In this document: positions 15,001 to 28,945 of the stretch, piece after piece
How the letters are laid out: every line of letters starts with the position of its first letter
Position numbering within the stretch: position 1 is the stretch's first letter
Assembly: GCA_012295275.1 (NCBI GenBank)
Contig: CM022665.1
Location: 9,734,001 to 9,798,000 of the forward strand
Length of the DNA stretch: 64,000 bases
Reading direction: 5' to 3'
Origin: Chrysomallon squamiferum
Lineage: Eukaryota > Animalia > Mollusca
The notes under the pieces: generated by a model
What the model saw: the letters and a program-made list of their open reading frames with translations, nothing else
The model's database searches: none
What the model was told of the DNA's origin: nothing
Made by a program: the position numbers and the translations under genes

Positions 15001-17844
15001 TACTCAGAAATGGATAATTTTCTATGCTTTAAAGCACACTGAAATAAAGCAGTGAAAAATGCAAAATGAATTGATAACAAAAACATTGATGTAAAGTAAA
15101 TTATATCAATTTATAATATTTCTTTATATTGAGATGTAAATATGTACTGTTAGATTGATCCTGTGAATACACAGCTTTATTATATGTTTATTTTTACAGC
15201 TTCGTAGTCAGAATAAAAGACCTGTGCCTATATTTGCCTCTAACATAAGTCTTCTTGAGCCCATCAGAGGGCCTGTTGATACAAAAAAAGATTTCACAAA
15301 AAATGAACCAACTCTTGTAGATCCCAACAAAGTGGACATTCCACCAAGTGAAAACCAGGTTTGTTTACAGTCTAGTTATTTATTGTTTTTTTCCTTGTAT
15401 AGGTTTCACCTTGTGCTGATCTAATAAAATTTCTGTGATGTAACTGAAAAAGCAGTTACAATTTTGGTACATAGTTAAAACATTTTTTTTTTTTAAAAAT
15501 GAATAAGAGGAAGAGAAATGGAATTTCTTATGGATGTATATTTCCAATTTTCTATTATTTTTTTTGTTTCCTTTCTATTTGACTTCATCCAGAAATATGT
15601 GGGTTTGAACATTATACAATTAGCACAGATTTTTTAAATATTTAACAATCACTAAATTATATTAATTTTACAGTTTGAATTCTAGTATTTAAATCAAGTA
15701 GGTGTCATAAACCTTCATTCATTCATTCATTCATTCATTCATTAAATCAAGTAGTTATCTAATTAATTATCTTTACAAAGTAATGCTCTCATAACTATTT
15801 TCCACTGTTTTTAAATGATACTTTAACAGCATGGAAATCCATTTTTAAAAATAAATTTAATCTTACTGGACTACCTTAAAATATATCTATTTTAATTCTT
15901 ATGTAATTTTTATTAATAAAAATTTGCAATGGGAAATTAAAATTTACAAAAATGTACCATTTGAAAGTTTTCTCATATTATACTACTGAACTTAGTATAT
16001 ATATTCATATATGATCATTAACTGACAATTTCTTTAAATTGTATAGAATTTTATGGGAAAATGGATTTTCTAGCTAAGTTTTGGTGTTAGTAATATTAAG
16101 ATTTTATTAACAAACATTATTGTAGTACTTTAACATTCAGTATTATTTATATTCAGGTTTATTAAAGTCAACAGCTTTGTTTAAATTATATTTATGGGTA
16201 TATTTTTATACACTACATTCATGAATACTTTCAACATAGCTAGTGTTTCTATTTTTTAAATTTCCCATCATGAATATGATTTAAAATTGTTTTAGTTAGA
16301 TAATCCATTACAGTTTTTGTACATCTTTTTTTAAATTTATTTTTTGTTATAAATTATTTAGTACCTTTCTTTAAGTGTTCATCAGTTTTTAGATTTTTTA
16401 GAATCTTGTATTATCTGTTTATAAATAAAATATAATTTATAAAAATGAAGTTTTATGAGATATCTTTGTTTCCTTTAAAGTTAATGGAGCACATAATTTT
16501 AATGAATTAATTGTAACTGCTATTACAGTATTTTAAACATAAAATCGTAAAAGGAAAATAAATAAATTGAATAAAAAAGAAGAAGAAAATAATCTCTTAA
16601 TATGTTTGTTATTTACACACGGTAACATTTCTTTACTGTTTTTTTTTAATTCATTTTTTTTTTTGAAATTATTGTTCAGTTATCGTGATAATCTTGCTTC
16701 TGACAAAAGTGATCACAGAAATTTTCTTCTATCAACCAGATGTTGTTTTTTTTTGTTAGAGGTTCACTTTGTGTTCAGTGCAATGTTTCTATGTATATCT
16801 TTCCTTGTTCCTGTGAAATCACTGAATCAAAATAAAATATAGCAGGTCGTCACATGCATTTTAATCAGAACACAACCACCTATCACATGTTGAAATTTTG
16901 TTTGTTTTTATTGTGGATGTAATTTATGTTATGTATTAGGGATTTTTTTTCTTTCTTTTATTGTTATGGTTCACCATTTTATTTTATTATTATATTATTG
17001 TTTTACATTTATTTTTTTGCATTGTTGTGTCAACCATATGTAAACCTGTAGTAGATGTATACAAGTTGTTTTAATCTTTGTTAGTTTTGGGTCGTAGGAA
17101 AAATCTCAACAGAAATATGTGTTGATGAATTTCAGGTTATTATTTTTTTTTACTTCAGATTTAAGCATTGCCTTCTTCATGGTTAATCTTCATTATTCTT
17201 TACATATGACTGGTCAGATTTAAAAAAAAAAGAAACCCACCAAAAACCAATCAGTTTTCAGTGCTTTTAAAACTAATGCAACTGATATCAGGGCAGTAGT
17301 TGGTTTATTGTACGCATGGACTATATGCGTGTTTGTTTGTATGTAAATCTGTATTTAAAATGTGGTAAAGATACTAGATTTAATGATAAAATGATGAAGT
17401 TTATAAAAATGTATACTTCTTTCTTTCTTTCTTTTCTTTTTTTTTTGCAATATAAAATGTATTATTATTTTTTTTTCTTCAATGAACTATTATAGGACAT
17501 TCCTCCTGTAGAATTTGACTGGCACAATAGTGGACTAACTAATCCTTTGGCAGGTAGGCCCATATACAGTTCACAGTTCTTATTACACATTTAACTTTGT
17601 GCATGCATGCCTCACATCCTCCCCAGCTTAGAGAAAATAAACATTTATTTATTTATTTTTCTTGTAAAGAGCAGTTTAAAGCTTAGTTTTCATATTTTAA
17701 ATGAGGCATACATTATTTAGCTTGTGCTTAAAGAACTATTTGCATTTTTTTTGTTAACTGTTTTCTTTTAAGTAATAGAGAGGAAAATTTGGATTGACCT
17801 TCCCTATAATAATATAATTATGTAGAAATAATATATTTATATTT

Positions 17845-17893
<49 letters not shown>

Positions 17894-20250
17894 CATGTAG
17901 ATATTGCTGAATTACAGTTTATCCTAATAATTTATCAACACATACCTTTCCTTTGATATTTATCAAATTATCCTGAATTTAACAGTGTCAAACTATATAT
18001 CTATATTTTATTGAATTTGTTTCTAAAAGTTGAATAATAACACAGTTAGTGGTTTACACCTACAGAGACTTATTACTATATTTCAAAGATTTTTAATATG
18101 TAGTTAATACATACCCAAAATAATTCTAGTATATCAACAACACAACATGTAAAAATGTTGATACATTTATGATTTAACTGTATTTAAAATTAATTATTGC
18201 ATTGCTAATACAAAGTCTGAAATTAACAGTCATCCACTCAAAAAATGGTTCAGTTAGGCAGAATCTTGTAATTAGCAATACAAATTTCTTATTTATCAGT
18301 GACAAAAATAATATTTAATAAATCTGGAGGATGAAATGAAAATTTTTTTTGTCATTCATTATGAAAGTATGGTTTTTGTATGACTTATTAGATCAGCAAA
18401 ACTGATATTGTTTTTAATTTATTTTTTTGAAATACTTGTTATGTTAAGTCTCACAAAATAGTTGACATTTTAAAGCATTTCTGTATTGTTGGTATTTTCG
18501 TGGGAGTTATCTGTGCATGGTTGTCTGGATTTTATGTCACCTGCAGTTTTGGTTTCCCTAATGATTGCGTTTTATTTTTGTTGTGGGCTTTTTACTTTTC
18601 TTTCTTTTCTTTTATTTGGTTTCAAAATATTGTAAATACATTATTTGTAGTGGTTTTTACTTGTGGTGTTCTGTTTTTTCACTGAATTACAGAAACTTTA
18701 TGTTGTTTGTATTTTTTTTTTAAACCCATGACTAAAATGTTAACAAAGTGGTGTGCAGAAAAGGGGAAGGACAGGCAACAGCCACAAACATCCATTTCAG
18801 GGGGTGGGGAGCATTAAGTTTAAGATTTTTGAAAATGGAAATTACCTCTGTTATTGCTTTAGTGTCTGCCCTATAGATCCACTAGCTGGTGTTAATGTAC
18901 TTTAATTATCAATGAAAAAAAATGAAGTAGTTCAAGGAAAGGAGATTTAATTTCGGGTACTGGTCTTAATTAATGTGGTTGATTTATATTTAATTTGAAT
19001 ACAAACTTTATTTCATCTTTTTAAAAATATATTTAAGGTGTCTTCATTTCTCACATTTCTCAATATTAAGCTCTGTACTTGAGTCTTGGGGGACAAACAA
19101 TAAAACAGTTGGCTCTGGGCATCACCAAATTTCTGCACACCACTGCTATAAGTTCATAATGTTCAGATTTTAATAACTGACCTTAAAATGTTAATAATAC
19201 TTACATTATTATAGTAAAGCACAGATTTAAGTTTGGACATTTTTTCTTAATTAGTGTCCAGAGAAAAATCATAATTTGTAATGTCTTAAAATTTAAACTT
19301 TTACAATAGACAGTGTCCCATAATGCAGATAATGTTAGTGTGAAAAAAAAAACAGAAATCTTTTTTTTATTACATTTTCTGTGTGCTTCTTTACTGGGAT
19401 TTTTTCTTCCTTTTTGTTTTTAAAAGTTTTCAAAATGATTTTCTTTTTTTTTAAAAATTATATATATATATATATTATTTTTATTTATTTTTTGTCTGTG
19501 GTCTTCATGGTTATTGTGCTAAGAGATGGTCACTTTTCATATTTCTCCCTTTGTAGCTAAAACCCTTGATTTAGACTTCCTAACTGAGCAGGAAAGTGAA
19601 AGTGCAGGTAGAAGTTCTGGTAAGTGTCACATGTAATTGTGGTTGTTGTACACCTTGAAATCCCTAAAAAAAAAATTTTTTTTTTTTTTTAAAGGTTTCC
19701 TTGTAAGCTGATAAATATGTATTCCTGTAAAACAAAAATTAGTAAATTTTATAATGATTATTGGTTTGGTATTTTATTCTTATATATAATTTGACTGCTT
19801 CTCTACCTTTAGTTTCAGGTATGTTGCCCAAATACGAAAATGATTTGTCATGCTAAAAAATTATAAAGTGTTTCTTGCAGATACCTTTTTGTTTGTGTAT
19901 GAAATTAAGCAGTTTTACTAACATTTAGTTTCAGAAATATTGTCCTAACATGAAAATGATTGTCTAACTAAAAAGTAAAATTTGTTTGATGCTTACAGTT
20001 TAATGGTTGCTTCTCAGTTGATGAAATTAACCAGTCTTACTAATATTTAGTTTCAGAAATGTTGCCCTAACACAAAAATAACTTTGTGGTACTAAATGTA
20101 TTTTCAAATGAGACTGTTTGTTGTAAATACTTATTTTGTTTAGGTGGCTTTTCAGTCATCAAAATTAAACAGTATTTTTGTTGCCTTACTTTGAACTGAT
20201 TACTTATGTTTGTTAAATATGTTGAAACAAAAGATGACATATTTTTAGTT

Positions 20251-20305
<55 letters not shown>

Positions 20306-21193
20306 GTTTTTCATTTATTTATTTATATGGTGTTATACTGGAAATTGATACAAATTAAATTGTGATTACTTTAATAAAGATAATAAATAGTCATAATGAT
20401 TTTGGTTATCTCCACCATAACTAAGAAGCATTTCTAATATGAAAAACTTTTCATTTTATTTAATTCAACTTTTCACGGATGTGAAATTATGGAAATAAAT
20501 TATGAATTTGCTGTATTAAAAAAAAACTGAAGGAGGACTTGAGCTTACATTGGGTTAGCGTTTATAATCAGGAATTGAGGTTGCAATTAGAAAGTATGGT
20601 TCTGCGACGTTCATTCAGGTTATTAGATAATACCAGCAAATACATCAGTTGTGAAGTAGTGAGATATTTAATATGCATGCGCACACACATGCACACACAC
20701 ACAAACACACACAGACATACAAAAATATGTTTAAATAAATTAAAAAACAAAAAGAAAGTACTTAACTAAATCTTTAAAAGTTTATGTGATCAAATTTACA
20801 TCAAAGATTATTAATTAATTTTGTGATAAAATTTACATCAGAGATTATTAATTAATTTATTTGATAAAATTTACATCAGAGATTGTTAATTAATAACCTG
20901 TTGCTTGGCTTGTATAATTAATAACATGTATGCAAATGATATGTGTATTACACACTGATTAACACCCTCCTTTTCATGCTTCCATAGATGAATGGGACTG
21001 GGGTAAGAATTCCCTTTTTTGTTTTACTTACTTTGCATGCTAGTAAATTGTATAATTTAATTCAGTTAATTTGTAACTCTATACTTTCTTTTCAGTTGTG
21101 TTTATATTGTAAATGTCTATCACCTCTTCACACATTCAGCACCAAACTCTGAATTTAACTTGTTAATTTTTATTTATTTCCTTCATTTCCTTG

Positions 21194-21241
<48 letters not shown>

Positions 21242-22619
21242 TAGTTGTGGTAGATAAAAAGATTCCAGAAATAAAACAATAAATTTATATTTCCTTTGTT
21301 TTATTCTTTCGGTCTGTTAATTTCTGAAAGAAAAGAAATATATATATTATCAGTTCTAATTTTTAATACAATTATTTCTTCTTTCTTTTTTTCTTTTCTT
21401 TTTTTAAATAGTCTTTATAAGTTAGAGATGTTAATTTACTTGTTTTGTAATAAACTTTTCCATCATTTTTTTGTTGATATATATATATATATATTTTTTT
21501 TGTTACACTCAAAATGCTTTGGTTTTTGGAAAGATGTCGGTGTTAAACATGGATCAGTCTTAGTATAATATTTATAAAAACTTCAGTTGTGAACCATTTT
21601 TTTTTTTTTTTTTTTTTTTTTTTCTCCTTTATTTCTCTTTAAATATTTGTTTCTGGTCTAGTTCACTCTCTGCACAATTTGTACTCGTGGGCATTATTGT
21701 TAAAGAACATGTCTAAAGTTTAGAAATCTTACTTCTTAACATATACGTCTTTGTTAATTAGAAATGCATGACACACTTTTTGTAAAACTTTCTTTAAAAT
21801 AAAAGAATGAGCCTATTTTTGCATTGTCTAATATTGTAGTACTTAAAATGGAATTTTACTTTAAATGCTGAGTATTTTTAATTTGTTTACTAAATAATTT
21901 ATATAAAAGCAAACATGAAATGTTTATTATTGATTTATAATATTTTAGATGGAATTTTTAGCATTTCATTGATATTTAGAGGGAAAAATAAAGAGGATTT
22001 TAAAAAATGATAAAAGTAAAAATATAAATAACTGTTAATGTATGGGTAGAAGAAGATCAACAAATAGTAAATTTTATTATTTAAATATTTAAATGTACAG
22101 TATAGCTTAATGATACTGTTTAACTTACAAACATGATGTATTATACAAAATGTATTTTACAGAATAATAAGATTACTGGACAAAACAACCAACAAAGAAG
22201 ACAATGGTTTAAAGAAATCTTAACAAGACAAAACATTTTCTCAGATCAATGTAGCAAAGACAAAAGCAATTTTTTATTTAATTTTAATTTAAATCTTATT
22301 TCATTTTATTTTGTGAAACAACTGTAATGTGATAATGGTTTATTTACTATGATTATTTTATTGTTTTATTTATTTATTTTAATTTTTTTTTTCAGTGTTC
22401 CAGTCCGAAGTGCTTGACACCCAGAGATCATCAGTGAAATCTCTGCCCCCATTGGAAGATGTGCTGAAAAACATGAAGCTCACCAGCACCACCCAAAACA
22501 GAACCAAGAAAGAAGAAATTTTGAACCCAGAAGCACGTAGGATCATCGATTCACTGCCACTTTTGTCTTTCATGCATGCCAAAGTGTTGATGTTTCCGTT
22601 CAGACAACAAGAAGATTAG
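12017..22619 (+). CDS. AFTPH: Aftiphilin (AP-1/AP-2/clathrin accessory protein), ~890 aa (895 with the microexon)
   Basis: Phase-consistent exons 12017-13885, 14131-14285, 14690-14834, 15200-15358, 17496-17553, 19557-19619, (20988-21002), 22396-22619. N-terminal SSSPPP. Acidic region with DDFGSF, DFGDF, DDWTGF, DDWANF, EFGQF adaptor-ear motifs. Conserved blocks IWGKL..LDYQWTSS..LHIDTQNI, VPIFASNISLLEP, IPPVEFDWHNSGLTNPL, LDLDF and C-terminal LPLLSFMHAKVLMFP match aftiphilin. Confidence 0.95.
18747..19145. mobile_element. MITE / non-autonomous DNA transposon remnant (~400 bp) in an aftiphilin intron
   Basis: Perfect 15-bp terminal inverted repeat AGTGGTGTGCAGAAA (18747-18761) / TTTCTGCACACCACT (19130-19144). 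The right end ...CACTG is hAT-like. No clear target-site duplication. Confidence 0.65.
19808..20170. repeat. Degenerate ~120-bp tandem repeat, about 3 copies
   Basis: TTTAGTTTCAG...TTG.CC.AA...AAAAT recurs at ~19808, ~19924 and ~20046. Confidence 0.65.
20786..20895. repeat. ~37-bp tandem repeat, 3 copies
   Basis: GAT(A/C)AAATTTACATCA(G/A)AGATT(A/G)TTAATTAAT repeated three times. Confidence 0.85.
20988..21002 (+). CDS. AFTPH: Candidate 15-nt frame-preserving microexon of aftiphilin (adds D-E-W-D-W)
   Basis: CTGATTAAC branch-like site at 20955-20963, pyrimidine tract, TAG|ATGAATGGGACTGGG|GTAAGA. Phase 1/1, matching the flanking exons. TGC at 20977-20979 and TGCATG at 21034-21039. Confidence 0.7.
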
Positions 22620-22623
22620 CCGA

Positions 22624-22663
<40 letters not shown>

Positions 22664-22942
22664 ATATATAAAAAGAAAACCCAGTGTACTGGGGTGCAGG
22701 ATTGAAATGATTTATATATACATTTTTATTATTATTATATTATTAATATATAGATATTTTTTTTTTTTTTATTAATATTATTATTGTTTTTATTTTATTA
22801 TTATAATTATAATTTGATTGTTATTATTTAGTGCAGACAGTAAAATAAAAAAATTAAAAATTAATATTAATCAGTAACATAAGTTTAAGTAATTATATTT
22901 TGTTGTATTTACCAGCTTTTATCTTGTATTTTATATTTATAT

Positions 22943-22980
<38 letters not shown>

Positions 22981-24232
22981 TAATTTTTTTCGCTCTTTTC
23001 AGTATTTATTATATTTCTTTGTTGTTGTTATTGCCTTCTTTTATTCTAAAATTAGTTCTATGTCCTGTGAAACTATTTGCAGACTAAATCATATGGCTTG
23101 AATGTTCAGTAATTATACATACACTTATTTTAATTATTTTTGTTATTTTTTATTTAACATCAGCAATTATTTGTTTAACATGTTAAATATTTAACTACAT
23201 TTCATTTTGTTTTGGAAGAGTTGATATAATTTAATTTTCTCCTAAAAAGGGAACAAATAAATTAATAATCTGATGAAGTTAAAGATGAAAACAAATGTAT
23301 TTACAATAATATATTTATGATTATGGTTGAGTAATAAAATATTGTTATGGGTCTGTTAGTCTGTGTCAGATGTTTGTATTTCTCATAAAATAATATTTAC
23401 AATGCATTTTTAACTTTGTAAATAGAAATTTGTCACTGCTGGTAAAATATTAAATTTTGAAAAATAATAATTGTCATTAATATATTTTGTGATGTATATA
23501 TTACATAATTGTTTGAACAGTAAAATACATATTAAATAAGCTGTTTAAATATATTGAACTTAATCTATGAAATAATAAAACATTGCTGTAAAAAACATTA
23601 TACTTTGTTTTTTTAATAATTATAAATATATATTGTGGTTCACTTTCAAATATTTATTATAAAAACATGTCAAAATTATTAATGAAATTAAAAAAGTAAA
23701 AAAAAGAAAAAAAGAAAAAGAAAATTAAATTTGTTTGCTTACATGTCAAACAAAATATTCTTGGGTACATTGGTTACCTATTTACTTATCATGCAAAACC
23801 TGGATGTTTAAATTCACAATCCATTAAGTTTTTGAAGGTAAGAAATGCTGGTAGACCAAAAAATCTGAAAATACCAGCAGATCAGATATTCTGGCTGTCC
23901 AGAAAAATACTAAAAGTGGTTTAAAAAATAGCATTCTTTTCTTTATCAAATGTGAAATGAAAGACTTCAGATGATTTGCATTTCTTATATTACTGTTCTA
24001 GTGAACTATTAGTGTTTTCTGTTGTTTTTATTTTGTTTTTATTTTTTAATTAATATGCTCTTAATAGTTACTTGATATGTCTTTTGTGAATAATGGTAGC
24101 ACAACTGAGCTGATTGGTTCTTTATATTTAATACTTAATTCATTAGATATGATTATTTTGGTCATTTCAAAACACCCATTATTATGTGCATTATTTCATA
24201 ACTGTGTTCTTCAGCCAGGTAAATGATATATA

Positions 24233-24272
<40 letters not shown>

Positions 24273-25239
24273 TTGTGAAAAGACTAAATCTATATGGTTT
24301 GCTTAAAGTATTGGAAATTAAATTCCATAGAGAAAATTTGGTTTATGCAAAATGTCATAAAACAAATTAAGAAAGTTGCTTTATGAAGTTAATTTACTGT
24401 TAACAAAAAAAGGTTTTATAACATCGAAACTTTACTTAGTGAAAATTTTATCATCATGTTTTGTATGGTATTTGTCGCTTTTCAGTGTTTGGATTTTAAA
24501 GAGTTTTTCATTGGTTAGAGTAGCTTTATTTCTTTAAAAAGAAATATTTATAGAAAATCTTATATATTGTCTTATAAGTTTGGAAATGTATATTACATTC
24601 CAACCTTAGGTGTTAAGTTGCTTGTTTATATATATTGATATATGTTTGTGTTGGTGCATTTTCTGGTATTTTATTTTGTGCAATTTTGATGAATATATAT
24701 TCCAATAAAAGGTGATGTTTATTGCACAAATGACAGTATTGGCTAATATTTATGTTACCCTGAAAAATAATATCTTTGGAAACTATTTTATCATTCCATT
24801 TAAGTACTATTATAGATTGTTGAGTGAAGTTACTTGGTGAAATGTTATTGTCGGTAATACTTAATGCTTTAAAAATTCAGCAACCAGATTCTTCTTATAA
24901 ACATTTATTTCTTTAATGTCTCTGCTACTTCATTTTCTCTGATTATTCATCTCTATATAAATTTTGACCTATTCATATTTCTTCTACATTAAGCTGTGTG
25001 TTTATTTCAAGATATATTCGTTTAATAGTTACTGCATCACAATAGCTTGGCAATCAGAGTGCTTTTCAAAACTGATCATATTGAATATAGATTTTCTTGT
25101 CTTCACATAGACACTCAGTGAAGAAGACATCATAGCTTAATGAAGTAATTTAATGGTTGAATTGTAGCTTTATTTAGCTGGAATAGTTGTGAAGTTGTAT
25201 TTGAATACTTCCAAAACAAGAGTGTATGGTAACAATAGC

Positions 25240-25990
25240 TCATAAATGTTACTGAAATAAGTTTATTATGATTTACCATTGTTGAAATATTTGCATGAAA
25301 TTTTAGTTTGTTGCTGAAATAAGTGTGGTATTAGTGTTACTAGAAAAACTATATTGTGTTGCAGCTTAACCTTATAATTACTTAAATATTTGTGTGGAAT
25401 TATAGTTAGTCACTGAAATTAGAGTGTGTATGGTATTGCAGCTTGGTGTTACATGAATATGATATTTTGTATTGATACTTAACATTATTGCAATAACTGT
25501 AATTATTGCTGAAATAATGCATGGAATTATAGTTAGTTACCGAAATAAGTATGTGTGGCGTTATAGCTTAATGTTCCTGGAATACATATATTGTGTTGCA
25601 GCTTAACCTTACTGAGATAGCTGCAGTTATTACTAAAATATTTTTGTGAAATTACAGTTTGTTACTGAAATAAATATACTGTAGCTTAGTATTATAGGAA
25701 TAATTATATTGTATTGCAGCTTGACATTATTACAATAACTATAGTTGGTATTGAAATATTTATGTGAAATCATAATTTGTTATTGAAATAAATGCACTGT
25801 AGCTTAGTATTACAGGAATAACTATAATTTTATTGTTGCAGCTTAATATTGCAACAATGGGAATTGTTACTGAAATATTTGTGTGGAACTGTAGTCTGTT
25901 ATTGAAATAAGTGTGGCTGGTACTGTAACTGGAATGTTTGTGTGGAATTGTTATATATGACTGGAATAAGTGCATTTTACCGCAACAGTG
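25240..25990. repeat. Degenerate ~120-bp minisatellite, about 6 copies
   Basis: Recurring TTGCAGCTTAAC / GTTACTGAAATA / TGTGTGGAATTATAG motifs, with the GCAGCTT anchor near 25360, 25480, 25598, 25717 and 25838. Confidence 0.7.
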
Positions 25991-28681
25991 TTGCTGAATA
26001 ATTACATATTTGTAGTCAGGTGTCATTTGAGTGTGTTAATGTGCGTGCATGTGTGTGTGTATGTATGTGTGTGTGGGTAAGGGATGTATCATTGTATCTG
26101 TACATAAATGCATATGAAAGTGTTACTGAATGATTGCACAAATCATATTTGGCATTGTGGAATATCTCTATTACTGTATCAGTGTGATTCTCATGAAAGT
26201 AACATAATGTTTAAAAAATACTTGTTATTAATATATTGTACATATACATACAAATTGTTGATATTGTTTTGTTTGTTTAATTCATTTTTATTGCATCTCA
26301 GTACTGTTTTTGTAAAATATGAATGAAATCTAATTATTTTCTTATACAAATAAACTTTCAGGGAAAAATAAAATATATGAACCAATAAATGAATTAAAAT
26401 GATTCCCAAAAATATTTTTTTGTATATCTGTATACGTTCCTTAAATGAAATATGTCATTTTAATAATAATTATTTATAGTGATTAATTAAATTCCATTGA
26501 ATCGTAATTTAATTATTTATATTTATGAATTTTAGTATAGCATAAACAGTTTTTTGTAAAAACCCATTTAATTCTATTATGCAAATTATTAATATCTTGT
26601 ATTTCCATTTTGCAGATATTCTTCTATATAAAAACTTTTCAGTTAGTACATTTTTATTTTCAAAAGCTGTTCAAATAATAATGTTCTAATAACTGAAGGT
26701 CTGAATATTTGGGGATTATGATCAGGTTGGGTTTGTACATAATGGTTCTTGAGTGATAAATTTTAAATAATTGTATTCAGTTGGTACCAGTGATCTTTTT
26801 ATTACCCCCCCTCTCTCTCTCTCTCTCTCTTCAAATATTCAGATATAACACATAAAACATGCATGATTACGTGTATACAATTTAAATTAAAAGTATTCAT
26901 ATTTAATATTAATTTTTAAAACTATGATGGTTTTATTTTCTGTTCATTGCCTAATTAATTAAAGTTCATTATTACAGTTAATTTACTTATAGTTACAAAC
27001 ATTTTGCTATATGTGCCATGTAAATTGTTTTAATCTGTTGCTGCTTTCAGAATATGATTTCGCCAATATTTGGTTTGGGTAAAATTTATTTTCTTTGACG
27101 ATAATTGTTTCAATAGTTGCAGATTTATCCTAGAATATCTTGTTGATTAGTATATATGAATTTCACTGCATTAATACTAATTACTAATATTTTATTGATC
27201 TTACTAAGTAAGATAATTTTCACAAGAAAACAATTTTAAGATTTATTTGTGAAACAGATAGTACATCTATTTCAAATTCACCATTGTTTTAACTCATTGA
27301 CAAAACTGCAGATTCAGTTCTGATGAAACAGTATACACATAAATGGTGTATTTATTAATGCATGTATATAGATTACATTATCAAGCAAAGACAATAAAAT
27401 ATAGAAACAAACAGTTGATTTTGTCTTTTGTATAAAATATGCATTTATTTTTCAGTAAAATTACAAATACATGTATTGGGAAACATTATGCTGTTCATCA
27501 AAGATACATGAACAGAACATAACAGAAAAACAAAATCATAAAAAAGTCATAAACTTACGTATCTCTTCTAGCCTGAGGATACCTTTTTTTTTTCTTTTTT
27601 TTTATTTTTTTTTTATTTAAAATGACAGATTTGTTGTCATTAAGTTTGTATTGTGGAGTAGCCAACTGTGGAAAACAACTTTTAAAATAACAAAAAAGAA
27701 AATAATAAATAGCTAAAAAGAAAATAATAATTATGGTAAATATCTTCAGAGAGGTTGCATCATTTAAGTTTCCCTTTTTCAGTGTAATTAACAATGATGC
27801 ATTTATTTCCACTTAATAAGTATGTATTATGCACATGCAAAATAATATATGCTCTTTTTCACAGTAACCAAATATACTACTGATTGGTGTGCTTGGTAAA
27901 AAACAAGTAACACTGATACACGATAAATATTTCATTTTACATTTTAATTAAACCTTTGTAACCTCTAACATTTTATATATTAAATTGAAAAAAAAAGTAA
28001 TTGTGGCAATATCTAGTGAGGACTCTGAAGCATTAAGCTTAGTACTTGATTAAAAATAATAATAAATTTCTTCAGTTTTTGTTGATAAGTGTGGTTATTT
28101 TTCTGCATAAAACATGAACTCAATTTAAAAAAAAAAAAAAAATTAACTGAAAGCAATCTATATATGCACAAAATCATATTACATTACAATACAAATGGTC
28201 TACAGTTTATCGGGAAATAATAAAATACAAGCAATATTAACCCAGTAACAGATGGTTGTTTTTGATCAATTAGGTCATAAAAATAAATTTGTATTAAAAT
28301 AAAACATTACATAAAAATTAATTTTCTGTTACGGCTAAGCAGTGATCGTTTATAACGCTCCATGCACACACTGAAATTGTTGAGCTCTAGTTAATTTATA
28401 TATATACATAATTCATAATTACAAACTGTTAGTGAAAACAAAATTATAGTCGGTTTTAAAACTATATGTATATATGTATAGAGAGAGTGAAAGCGTGTAC
28501 CTGTGCGTGAGTGATAAGAGTGGTAATTAATCATAAAACCATCCTGTATGTTTTGTTATAATAATTTTTAAACAACAAACAAAACAAAAACGTTAAATAG
28601 ACGCAAAATTATTTTTTAAATCCTTTTAATAATACACGAAAAAACATCCAGCATCTGATGACGAATCAATAACACGTGAAA

Positions 28682-28720
<39 letters not shown>

Positions 28721-28849
28721 GAATTTATTTTCAATTACAATAAAACACTAAATTGTTTGTTAGTACATTTTTTAATACCTATTTTGTAAAGAGGTTTCGG
28801 TATTTGGAACAGTATGCATTACATTACGACACATCAAATAATTGTTTTT

Positions 28850-28886
<37 letters not shown>

Positions 28887-28892
28887 TAATTA

Positions 28893-28945
<53 letters not shown>

